In this document: one piece after another, positions 1 through 7,311 of the stretch
Position numbering within the stretch: position 1 is the first letter of the stretch
Layout: each line of letters opens with the position of its first letter
From: a virus
Lineage: Duplodnaviria; Caudoviricetes
Length of the DNA stretch: 25,379 nt
Reading direction: 5' to 3' (one strand)
Virus record (IMG/VR): IMGVR_UViG_3300030330_001154
Span: 1-25,379 of that record
Notes under the pieces: model-generated
Seen by the model: the letters and a program-made list of their open reading frames with translations, nothing else
Database searches by the model: none
Told to the model about the DNA's origin: nothing
Program-made: the position numbers and the translations under genes

Positions 1-183
1 CGACAGCGCGACGCTGTACACCGGCGCTATCCTGTCCGTATACAGAGCGAGGAACCTCTAGTGCCAGGCAACTACGGACGCCTCACCATCCTCGAGGACG
101 GCACCCCCTACTACGTCCCCGGCATGTACGCTCCAACGGAAATATGGTTCTGGGTGCTCGAGTACCTAAACCGAACGAACTAA
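1..183 (+). CDS. Small hypothetical protein (either the 3' end of an upstream gene or a 40-aa ORF starting at GTG 61)
   Basis: Frame 1 is open from base 1 to TAA 181-183 (...VPGNYGRLTILEDGTPYYVPGMYAPTEIWFWVLEYLNRTN). GAGGA precedes GTG at 61. No recognisable motif. Confidence 0.4.
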   Translation, partial: RQRDAVHRRYPVRIQSEEPLVPGNYGRLTILEDGTPYYVPGMYAPTEIWFWVLEYLNRTN

Positions 184-190
184 GCCTCTC

Positions 191-287
191 GTCGGGGCTT
201 CCAGGTCATACAACACCTGCAGAGCTGCGCAGGAAAAGCCGGACAACTCTCGACTTCTAGGGGGCGAGAGCTAGATCCCTCCCCGAC
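191..287 (+). ncRNA. Candidate structured RNA or cis-regulatory leader
   Basis: Intergenic, with nested complementary segments: GTCGGGG 191-197/CCCCGAC 281-287; GGCTT 196-200/AAGCC 236-240; CAGGT 202-206/ACCTG 215-219; CCTGC 216-220/GCAGG 229-233; CTCTCG 247-252/CGAGAG 265-270. Strand assumed from flanking genes. Confidence 0.4.
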
Positions 288-309
288 ACCCCATTCCTTC
301 CTCTAAAAA

Positions 310-726
310 ATGTTCTACAAAGCCAGGCCGCAGGATTCGTACTTCTACGACGAGTATTGCAAGGGCAAGTGGACTCTTTTTGATTTCCAATGTCCTATCG
401 ATTTCGGTTGGGATTTTCTCGCGCCGATCGACGGGATTGTGCAACGCATTCGTGAACTTGGAGGTGATAGGTCGATAGACCTCATCTGCTTCGGAGCGTT
501 TCTTCAGCGGATAACGACTAGCGGAGGTGCTTCGGGGGATTTCACGGAAACCCCTCGAGCTATCGCATTGCCAACCGCTAAAAACGAAATCCAGTTCATC
601 GGTCTCGTTTGGAAGGAAGACGGCGGAATCACCTACGTGGCTCTCAAAGAAAAATACGCGGCACTAGCCGAGACGATGCTGCAGGGTGAAACTCCATTGG
701 GGAAGTTCACGGAGATCACCGTATGA
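310..726 (+). CDS. Hypothetical protein (138 aa)
   Basis: ATG-initiated ORF with globular-protein composition; its stop overlaps the next ATG (ATGA 723-726). No recognised motif. Confidence 0.65.
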   Translation: MFYKARPQDSYFYDEYCKGKWTLFDFQCPIDFGWDFLAPIDGIVQRIRELGGDRSIDLICFGAFLQRITTSGGASGDFTETPRAIALPTAKNEIQFIGLVWKEDGGITYVALKEKYAALAETMLQGETPLGKFTEITV

Positions 727-917
727 CTCTCGACGAACGCCTCCGCATCGCGCAGCATGACAACGAGCTCCGTGCCTTCCTCGACTATGAGCGACGCCTC
801 AGCCTCGCCTACGCCCGCAGCAAAGATCCGCACCCTCGACGATGGCTGCGTCCGCATTCAGGTTGGAGAATACGTCGGGACGGTGAGCTCGATGCATCTT
901 GTAGAACCGAAAATTAA
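723..917 (+). CDS. Hypothetical protein (64 aa), overlapping the 757-984 ORF
   Basis: ATGA-coupled to the upstream gene; helical-looking N-terminus (LRAFLDYERRLSLAYARS). Confidence 0.4.
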   Translation: MTLDERLRIAQHDNELRAFLDYERRLSLAYARSKDPHPRRWLRPHSGWRIRRDGELDASCRTEN

Positions 918-984
918 GCAGCTAATGTCCTATTGGACGTTGAAAAACAATCTCAGTGACATCGATCAAGGATCTCAAATCTGA
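757..984 (+). CDS. Hypothetical protein (start may be ATG 787)
   Basis: Beta/alpha-patterned segment KIRTLDDGCVRIQVGEYVGTVSSMHLVEPKIKQL; overlaps the ParB-like gene start. Confidence 0.5.
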   Translation: MTTSSVPSSTMSDASASPTPAAKIRTLDDGCVRIQVGEYVGTVSSMHLVEPKIKQLMSYWTLKNNLSDIDQGSQI

Positions 985-1456
985 TCACAAAAATGCTCGC
1001 AGGCGCACTGATCGTTCCGCCGAACTAATCAAGGAGTCCCTGCAGCGTTACGGCGCAGCCCGCTCGATCGTCATCGATGAGGACAACCGCATCCTCGCCG
1101 GCAACGGCACTATCGAGGGCGCTAAGGAGGCCGGCATCAACCGCATCCGCGTGATCGAGACCGACGGCGACGAAGTGATCGCTGTTCGCCGCACCGGCCT
1201 TACCGAAGAGCAAAAGGTCGGCCTTGCCCTCGCCGATAACCGCACCGCTGATCTCTCCGAGTGGGATCAGGAGATGCTGAACCGCCTCGGCGAGCAGCAC
1301 GACATCTCCCTCTTCTTTTCGCAGGACGATCTCGACGGCATCCTCGAGACCGATGTCGAGCCCCTCCCCCCCGAAGATTTCGACGAGGTAGACGACGACA
1401 TCACAACCGAGCACCGTTGCCCCTCCTGCGGGTACGAATGGAGCGGCAAGTCCTAG
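956..1456 (+). CDS. ParB/Srx-like N-terminal-domain protein with acidic linker and C-terminal CPxCG ribbon
   Basis: NARR...IKESLQRYG...IVIDEDNRILAGNGT..GA and LALADNRTADLSEWD match phage ParB-like proteins; ends in HRCPSCGYEW. Confidence 0.85.
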   Translation: MTSIKDLKSDHKNARRRTDRSAELIKESLQRYGAARSIVIDEDNRILAGNGTIEGAKEAGINRIRVIETDGDEVIAVRRTGLTEEQKVGLALADNRTADLSEWDQEMLNRLGEQHDISLFFSQDDLDGILETDVEPLPPEDFDEVDDDITTEHRCPSCGYEWSGKS

Positions 1457-1457
1457 C

Positions 1458-1497
1458 TGGACGAACCGCCTGCGGCACCCCTACAATCCGTATACAG
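1458..1497 (+). promoter_or_regulatory. Putative sigma70-type promoter for the modification/packaging operon
   Basis: TGGACG 1458-1463, 18-bp spacer, TACAAT 1482-1487, located in the intergenic gap; GGGAG precedes ATG 1516. Confidence 0.45.
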
Positions 1498-1515
1498 CAA
1501 CCGGGAGCGTTCCCA

Positions 1516-1716
1516 ATGCAAATCCGTCTAGTCCCCCCCTACAACCGTCGCGCCCCCAAGTGGTCGGTCGTCACCTTCGTGAAAGATCCGATCATGTGCG
1601 CATGGAAAGAAGAGAAGCGCAAACGCTTCCTCAACCCCGCCGAGGCTCGCGCCTTCGCTGAGTCCCTCGCCCTCGAGAACGACGCCGAACTGATCGAAGT
1701 CGCCCCGAGACGTTGA
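1516..1716 (+). CDS. Hypothetical protein (66 aa)
   Basis: 3' part of track ORF 1261-1716 taken from ATG 1516 (MQIRLVPPYNRR...); RBS-like GGGAG upstream; stop overlaps the next TTG start (TTGA). Confidence 0.65.
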   Translation: MQIRLVPPYNRRAPKWSVVTFVKDPIMCAWKEEKRKRFLNPAEARAFAESLALENDAELIEVAPRR

Positions 1717-2492
1717 GAGACCTCCTGATTAGCCTCCTGGCTCCCCTGCCCCTCGATTTCGCCGTCGCGACGTCGGGGGGTCTTGATTCGTGCACTCTCG
1801 TCGCTGCTGCCGTCGCCGCAGGCAAGCGGCCTCGCATCGTCTCGTTCACCTTTGACGATTTCGAGTCGTCTGACTTCAAGCACGCTCGAGCGGTCGCCGA
1901 TCACTTCGACCTCGACTTCGAGCCGGTCCTACTGCCCAGCGGTCAGAAAGAGATCATTCGCACGATCACCCGACTGATCAAGCAGTACAAGCTCAGCAAG
2001 AAGGCTCGGATCGAATGCGGCTTCCCTTTCTTCTACCTAGCCCGGCAACTCGAGGGGCAGACCCTCGTCACCGGCCTCGGAACCGACGGGCACTTCGGAC
2101 TCTCGAAGAAAGCCATGATTCACTTCCGTGAGCCGCAGGAAAAATTCGACGAGTTCCGCAACGCCTACTTCGCGAACACCGACGCTGCCGGCAAGCTCTG
2201 CATCAAGCGGATCTGCTCGTCCTTTGACGTCGATCTCGTCAACCCTTATTTCGATCCGAAGGTCTTTCATGCCCTGCTCGGTCGATCATGGGACGAGCTC
2301 AACAAACCACGGCAGAAAGAGGTTTTGCGTGCGGCCTTTCCCGAGCTCGACTCCCTCAAGCTTCCGAAGCACACGAACCTGCAACTAGGTGACTCGCAGA
2401 TCGCTGAGCGCCTCGGCGCAACCGCGATGCTCTACGTCCCCGGCTCCGTATCCGCGATCGGTGCCTACAACAAAATCCGCAAGCAGAAATGA
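1713..2492 (+). CDS. Stand-alone asparagine-synthase C-terminal-domain (PP-loop) ATP-dependent amide ligase; predicted CmoY-like DNA hypermodification enzyme
   Basis: PP-loop SGGLDS, SDFKHARAVADHF, LVTGLGTDGHFG (compare the AsnB SGEGADELFG motif), NPYFD, KEVLRAAF. No N-terminal glutaminase domain. Confidence 0.8.
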   Translation: MRDLLISLLAPLPLDFAVATSGGLDSCTLVAAAVAAGKRPRIVSFTFDDFESSDFKHARAVADHFDLDFEPVLLPSGQKEIIRTITRLIKQYKLSKKARIECGFPFFYLARQLEGQTLVTGLGTDGHFGLSKKAMIHFREPQEKFDEFRNAYFANTDAAGKLCIKRICSSFDVDLVNPYFDPKVFHALLGRSWDELNKPRQKEVLRAAFPELDSLKLPKHTNLQLGDSQIAERLGATAMLYVPGSVSAIGAYNKIRKQK

Positions 2493-3559
2493 AGCCGCCC
2501 TACAACGTCCCGTCAATGCGGGAGATCGAAGCAACGCCGTGGAACGGGTTCAAGGTCGCCTCGACCTTTTCAGGTTGCGGCGGCTCCTGCCTCGGTTACC
2601 GAATGGCGGGTTTCCGCGTCATCTACGCAAACGAGTTCATCCCTGAGGCTCAGCGGACCTACAAGACGAATCACCCCAACAGCTACCTCGACGGGTCGGA
2701 CATCAGAACCCTGACCCCTGAGAAGCTCCTCGAGCGTGCCGGGCTTGAACGAGGCGAGCTTGATCTACTCGACGGATCACCGCCCTGTTCCGCCTTCTCG
2801 ACCGCAGGACGACGTGAGGAAGGCTGGGGCAAGGTCAAGCAGTACAGCGACGGCGCGCAACGCGTTGATGACCTGTTCTACGAATACGCCCGAATCTTGA
2901 AAGGCGTGCAGCCGAAGGTTTTCGTTGCCGAGAACGTCAGCGGCCTCGTCAAAGGAACCGCCAAGGGTTACTTCAAGCGGATCCTGCAGGCTCTTCGCGA
3001 TTGCGGGTACAACGTCAGATGCCGCGTCCTTGACGCTCGCTGGCTAGGCGTCCCGCAGATGAGGTCGCGGACGATCTTCGTCGGGGTTCGGAATGATCTC
3101 GGCCTCGAGCCCGCATACCCGAAGCCCTTCCCTTACGCCTACACCGTCGGCGAAGCCCTAACGCCTACCCCCGCAGATACGACCTCGAAGCAGCTAAACG
3201 AAGAGTCGGAGACCTACCGCTATTGGCTCCGAGCTAAGCCCGGCGAAACCCTCGGCGACGTCTGCCGACGGCTAACCGGCAAGACGAGCTTCCTGACTCA
3301 CTACAAGCAATCACCGGACCGCCCGGCGAACGCGATCACTCAGGGCACGCAGCAGCTTTATCACTGGGCCGAGCCTCGGACCCTCACCCTCGGAGAGCTT
3401 CGCCGAATCGGCGGCTTCCCTGATGATTTCATCCTTACCGGCAGTTTTATTCAGCAGTGGGAACGTATCGGTCGTGCAGTTCCTCCGTTAATGATGGCGC
3501 AGGTTGCTAAAACTATTGAGCAAGAGATCTTGTCAAAAATCGGTGGAGATACCCGCTAG
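2489..3559 (+). CDS. C5-cytosine DNA methyltransferase homologue; predicted carboxy-SAM-dependent carboxymethyltransferase (CmoX-like)
   Basis: Motif I FSGCGG, motif IV GSPPC (Cys100), motif VI ENV, motif VIII PQMRSR, motif IX RIGGFPDDF, motif X IGRAVPP with Arg329 in place of the canonical Asn. Confidence 0.9.
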   Translation: MKPPYNVPSMREIEATPWNGFKVASTFSGCGGSCLGYRMAGFRVIYANEFIPEAQRTYKTNHPNSYLDGSDIRTLTPEKLLERAGLERGELDLLDGSPPCSAFSTAGRREEGWGKVKQYSDGAQRVDDLFYEYARILKGVQPKVFVAENVSGLVKGTAKGYFKRILQALRDCGYNVRCRVLDARWLGVPQMRSRTIFVGVRNDLGLEPAYPKPFPYAYTVGEALTPTPADTTSKQLNEESETYRYWLRAKPGETLGDVCRRLTGKTSFLTHYKQSPDRPANAITQGTQQLYHWAEPRTLTLGELRRIGGFPDDFILTGSFIQQWERIGRAVPPLMMAQVAKTIEQEILSKIGGDTR

Positions 3560-4196
3560 TTGGACATTTGAAACGCCGGATGTAGCAACCGGCTTTGATA
3601 ATCACGTCCGCGAACAGCTTCCCTGGTACGACTTAGCAACCGCCGCGATCACTCACATCGCACGGCATTACATCCCGAAGGGCGGGCTGGTCTACGACAT
3701 CGGTTGCGCTACCGGCAACATCGGTCGCAGCCTCGAGGCGACGCTCAAAGCTCGAGACGCCCGACTCGTCGGCATCGATCCTTCTGACGAGATGCGGAAG
3801 ATTTACAACGCCCCGGGGATCTTCGTTTGCTCCCCGGCGGAGTCCTACGAATACGAGCCCTTTGACCTAGGCATCTCGTTCTTGACGTTGATGTTCGTCG
3901 AGCCGAGCAAGCGCCGTGACTACCTTCGGAGGCTCCTCGATAAGTGCCGACCCGGAGGCGCAATCATCATCTTTGACAAGCTCGAGACCGCGCACGGTTA
4001 CTTCGGCACCGTGATGACTCGTTTAACCCTCGCGGGAAAATATGAGGCCGGTGTTAACGCTCAGGAGATAATCGAGAAGGAATTATCTCTTGCGGGAGTG
4101 CAAAGACCCATAACATTGGCTCAACTCCCCGGCGTCCCTTATCAGTGGTTCCGTTTCGGTGATTTCGCCGGTTACATCCTCGAGAAACCGATCTGA
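3543..4196 (+). CDS. cmoA: CmoA-like carboxy-S-adenosylmethionine synthase (class I SAM fold)
   Basis: WTF...VATGFDNHVREQLPWYD, VYDIGCATG, GIDPSDEM, LTLMF, PGGAIIIFDK, EIIEK..L.GV and QWFRFGDF follow the CmoA pattern (DWTFDE.VAEVFPDMI.RSVPGY, VYDLGCSLG, FTLQF, LSEK, WFQ.FNF). GTG 3543 preferred over TTG 3504. Confidence 0.8.
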   Translation: MEIPASWTFETPDVATGFDNHVREQLPWYDLATAAITHIARHYIPKGGLVYDIGCATGNIGRSLEATLKARDARLVGIDPSDEMRKIYNAPGIFVCSPAESYEYEPFDLGISFLTLMFVEPSKRRDYLRRLLDKCRPGGAIIIFDKLETAHGYFGTVMTRLTLAGKYEAGVNAQEIIEKELSLAGVQRPITLAQLPGVPYQWFRFGDFAGYILEKPI

Positions 4197-4513
4197 TGTC
4201 TAAGTCAACGAAGATCGAAGTCGATATGCGGGTCAACCGAGTTGCCCGTCTCCTAGCGAACGGGGCCGTGCGCTCGGAGATCGTTCAATACTCTGCGAAT
4301 GAGTGGGGGGTCTCGGATCGGCAGACAGACAACTACATCGCGAAGGCGAGAGAGCTGATCCGCGCTGACTGGGAGATCGACCGGCGCAGCTTCACTGCGG
4401 AGATCCTTGCCCAGCTTTCGAGCATTCAGAAAGAGGCCCGGAAGACCGGCAACCTCAGCGTCGCCTTAGGTTGCGTCAATCAAGCCGCGAAGGTCGCGCG
4501 GTTGTTTGAATGA
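4196..4513 (+). CDS. terS: Probable terminase small subunit (HTH protein)
   Basis: HTH-like RSEIVQYSANEWGVSDRQTDNYIAKARE; directly upstream of and ATGA-coupled to terL. Confidence 0.65.
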   Translation: MSKSTKIEVDMRVNRVARLLANGAVRSEIVQYSANEWGVSDRQTDNYIAKARELIRADWEIDRRSFTAEILAQLSSIQKEARKTGNLSVALGCVNQAAKVARLFE

Positions 4514-5835
4514 GCATTCTGGCGTCAGTCCCGGGGGGCTCGATCCTTTCCGCTATCGAGTCCGCAACGCCTTTCACTGAGGCTGACCTGCGCGGATACG
4601 TTGACGGGCTAGCCGAGGGGCTCACGGGGCCTCAGCGTGAGGTGTGGGAGGCGAACAAGCGGTTCAAGCTGCTCTGCTCAGGTCGTCGTTTCGGCAAGAC
4701 CTATCTCTGCATCACTCGGCTGATCTGCTGGGCGATGGAAAAGCCCGGAAGCCTGTGCTGGTACGTCACCGCGAACTATCGGATGGCGAAGCAGATCGCA
4801 TGGCGTCAACTGAAGACGATGGCCCCCGAGGAGCTCGTCGTTAAACGGAACGAGTCGGACCTATCGATCGAGTTCGCTAACGGCAGCCTGATCGCTCTCC
4901 GGGGCGCGGATAACGAGGACAGCCTGCGGGGGGTCAGCCTTTCGGCGCTCGTCATCGATGAGGCCGCCTACGTCAAGCAGACGGCGTGGGAGATGGTCCT
5001 ACGGCCCGCCCTATCGGATCAAAACGGCCCCGCCTGGTTTATTACTACCCCTGCCGGCCTGAACTGGTTTCACGATCTCTGGGAGCAGGCTCAGGAGCAA
5101 GCGGATTGGGACACCTTCTCGTTTACGACGATTCAAGGGGGGAACGTCTCAGCGGAAGAGATCGAGGCCGCGCGAAACACTCTCGATGAACGAACCTTTA
5201 GGCAAGAATATCTAGCGAGCTTTGAGACGCTCTCGGGTCGGGTTTATCCCGGCTTCACCGACGAGAACATCAGCGAAGACGTCAAGGACACCGGCGGGCC
5301 GATCTACTGGGGCACCGACTTCAACGTCAGCATCATGGCCGGCGTTCTCGGTAGCAGAGTCGGCGACACGCTTCATATCTGGGACGAGCTCGCCGTCAAG
5401 CAGTCGAATACCGACGAGGTCTGCGCGATGCTCCGCGCTCGGTTCCCTGATCGTCAGGTCATCGCCTACCCGGACCCGACGGGCTCAGCTCGTAAGACGT
5501 CCTCGGCGGGGCGTACCGACCACGACATCATCCGCCGCTTCGGCTTTAGCTGTATCAGCCCGAAGGCTCCTTGGGCCGTTAAAGACAAAATCAACGCCAC
5601 GAACTGGATGATCAGAACGGCGAAAGGCAGCCTGCGTCTATTCGTACATCCCCGCTGTAAACACACAATCAAGGCTCTAAAAAACGTGACCTACAAGCAA
5701 GGCGCGGAAGACTATGTGATCGATAAGTCGGCAAACATCGAGCACTGGACTGACGGCCTCGGTTACTTAATCCTCGGCGCGTTTAATCCTCTGCACGAAC
5801 GCGCTGGACGGGGCACTGGCATCAGGCTTTACTAA
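4510..5835 (+). CDS. terL: Terminase large subunit
   Basis: Walker A SGRRFGKT, LRG, Walker B VIDEAA, coupling motif ITTPAG, FRQEYLASF, nuclease motifs GTDFN and HWTDGLGY. Confidence 0.95.
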   Translation: MSILASVPGGSILSAIESATPFTEADLRGYVDGLAEGLTGPQREVWEANKRFKLLCSGRRFGKTYLCITRLICWAMEKPGSLCWYVTANYRMAKQIAWRQLKTMAPEELVVKRNESDLSIEFANGSLIALRGADNEDSLRGVSLSALVIDEAAYVKQTAWEMVLRPALSDQNGPAWFITTPAGLNWFHDLWEQAQEQADWDTFSFTTIQGGNVSAEEIEAARNTLDERTFRQEYLASFETLSGRVYPGFTDENISEDVKDTGGPIYWGTDFNVSIMAGVLGSRVGDTLHIWDELAVKQSNTDEVCAMLRARFPDRQVIAYPDPTGSARKTSSAGRTDHDIIRRFGFSCISPKAPWAVKDKINATNWMIRTAKGSLRLFVHPRCKHTIKALKNVTYKQGAEDYVIDKSANIEHWTDGLGYLILGAFNPLHERAGRGTGIRLY

Positions 5836-5862
5836 ACTGATTGCGATGGGCGGGTTCTAGCT

Positions 5863-7311
5863 GTGTACTCAGGCTTTTCTGGTCGGCAACGCGTCGGCAA
5901 CGTGACGACCGTCGAAAGCCCCAACACGGCTTACGTCAACATGGAGCCTCACTGGCTTCTTATCGAAGCGTTGTTGCAAGGAACTTACGGAATCAGAAAA
6001 GGTCACAGAAAATATCTTCCGCAGGAGCCGAGAGAGCTAGACGAGGCATACGACAACAGGCTGATGCGTTCAACGCTTGCGCCTTATTACGTCAGGCTCG
6101 AGCGGATGTTGGCGGGTATGTTGACCCGCAAGCCTGTACGCCTCGAAGACGTCAGCGACGTTGTCACTGAGCAACTCTTCGACGTTGACCTGCAAGGCAA
6201 CGATCTCAACGTGTGGACCTACGAAACCGCACGGAAATGTATTCGTTACGGACACGTCGGCGTTTTAGTTGACGCGCCGAAGGCGGGCGAGAACGGGCGG
6301 CCCTACTGGGTAGCCGTGACGCCAAGAGACATCCTCGGCTGGCGGAGCGAGGTCAAGGACGGCCGGCAGCAGCTTACTCAGTTGCGGCTGATGGAAGAGA
6401 TCACCGTGCCCGACGGTCTCTACGGCGAGAAGCAGGTGCAGCAGGTTCGGGTACTTACCCCCGGCGCTTTCGAGATTCATCAGAAGGATAAGAAAGGGGA
6501 CTTTGTTCTGATCGATGAGGGCCGCACGAGCCTCAGCGAGATCCCGTTCGCTGTCGCCTACTCGAACCGCGTCGGCGTTCTCGAGTCACGCCCGCCGCTC
6601 TCTGACATCGCTGAGTTGAACCTCAAGGCGTATCAGGTGCAGTCTGATCTCGATAATCAGCTCCATATCAGCGCCGTTCCGATGCTCGCCATCTACGGCT
6701 TCCCGCAGTCGGCAGAGGAGATCAGCGCCGGGCCAGGAGAGGCGATGGCGCTCCCTGAGTCAGCGCGGGCCGAATATATCGAGCCAGGCGGAAACAGCTA
6801 CAACGCACAGTTTCAGCGGCTTGATCAGATCGCAGGTCAGATTAATGAATTAGGCCTCGCTGCCGTTCTCGGTCAGAAGCTCAGCGCAGAGACGGCGGAG
6901 GCGAAGAAGATCGACCGGAGTCAGGGCGACAGCACAATGATGGTCATCGCTCAGCAGATGCAGGATCTGATCGATAACTGCCTGTCATTCCACGCGCAGT
7001 ACATGCAGCAGTCTCAGGTCGGCAGCAGCTTCGTTAATCGTGACTTCCTCGGTCAGCGTCTCGAGCCGCAAGAGATTCAGTCCCTGTTGCAGCTCTATAC
7101 CGCAGGAACGATTACGCAGGAAACGCTCCTGAATCAGCTCTCTGCCGGTGAGGTTCTCGGCGACGAGTTCGACGTCGAGGAGGAGATCGAGGCGACGCAG
7201 ACCGGCGGCCTGATCGAGATGCAGCAACCTGAGCCCGAGCCTGCGCCGGAAGAAGAGGCCACAATGCCAAAAGCAGAGCCGGAGGCAGAAGAAGATGAGC
7301 TGGCTGGATAA
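5863..7311 (+). CDS. Portal protein (DUF4055-like)
   Basis: Follows terL; 482 aa; YLPQEPRE..AY..RL, DVDLQGNDL, YGHVGVLVD, PPLSDIAELN motifs; acidic C-terminus. Confidence 0.88.
   Translation: MYSGFSGRQRVGNVTTVESPNTAYVNMEPHWLLIEALLQGTYGIRKGHRKYLPQEPRELDEAYDNRLMRSTLAPYYVRLERMLAGMLTRKPVRLEDVSDVVTEQLFDVDLQGNDLNVWTYETARKCIRYGHVGVLVDAPKAGENGRPYWVAVTPRDILGWRSEVKDGRQQLTQLRLMEEITVPDGLYGEKQVQQVRVLTPGAFEIHQKDKKGDFVLIDEGRTSLSEIPFAVAYSNRVGVLESRPPLSDIAELNLKAYQVQSDLDNQLHISAVPMLAIYGFPQSAEEISAGPGEAMALPESARAEYIEPGGNSYNAQFQRLDQIAGQINELGLAAVLGQKLSAETAEAKKIDRSQGDSTMMVIAQQMQDLIDNCLSFHAQYMQQSQVGSSFVNRDFLGQRLEPQEIQSLLQLYTAGTITQETLLNQLSAGEVLGDEFDVEEEIEATQTGGLIEMQQPEPEPAPEEEATMPKAEPEAEEDELAG

Noticed and set aside
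191-287. tRNA gene
   Set aside because: No T-arm GTTCRA motif or cloverleaf spacing; kept only as an unnamed structured element.
1468-1476. GCC-TGC-GGC as a fifth C(UGC)G hairpin
   Set aside because: The stem is only 3 bp and lies in the putative promoter spacer, so it is easily due to chance.
1261-1515. Long 5' extension of track ORF 1261-1716
   Set aside because: It is an Arg/Pro-rich off-frame read of the ParB-like gene and runs across the putative promoter; ATG 1516 has an RBS.
1713-2492. PP-loop protein as QueC (7-deazaguanine DNA modification)
   Set aside because: It lacks the QueC C-terminal Cys zinc cluster, has AsnB-like motifs instead, and no folE, queD, queE or dpdA is present in the window.
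2489-3559. Ordinary 5mC methylase of a restriction-modification system
   Set aside because: No adjacent endonuclease was recognised; the motif X Arg and the cmoA-like neighbour favour Cx-SAM use. Residual SAM activity is not excluded.
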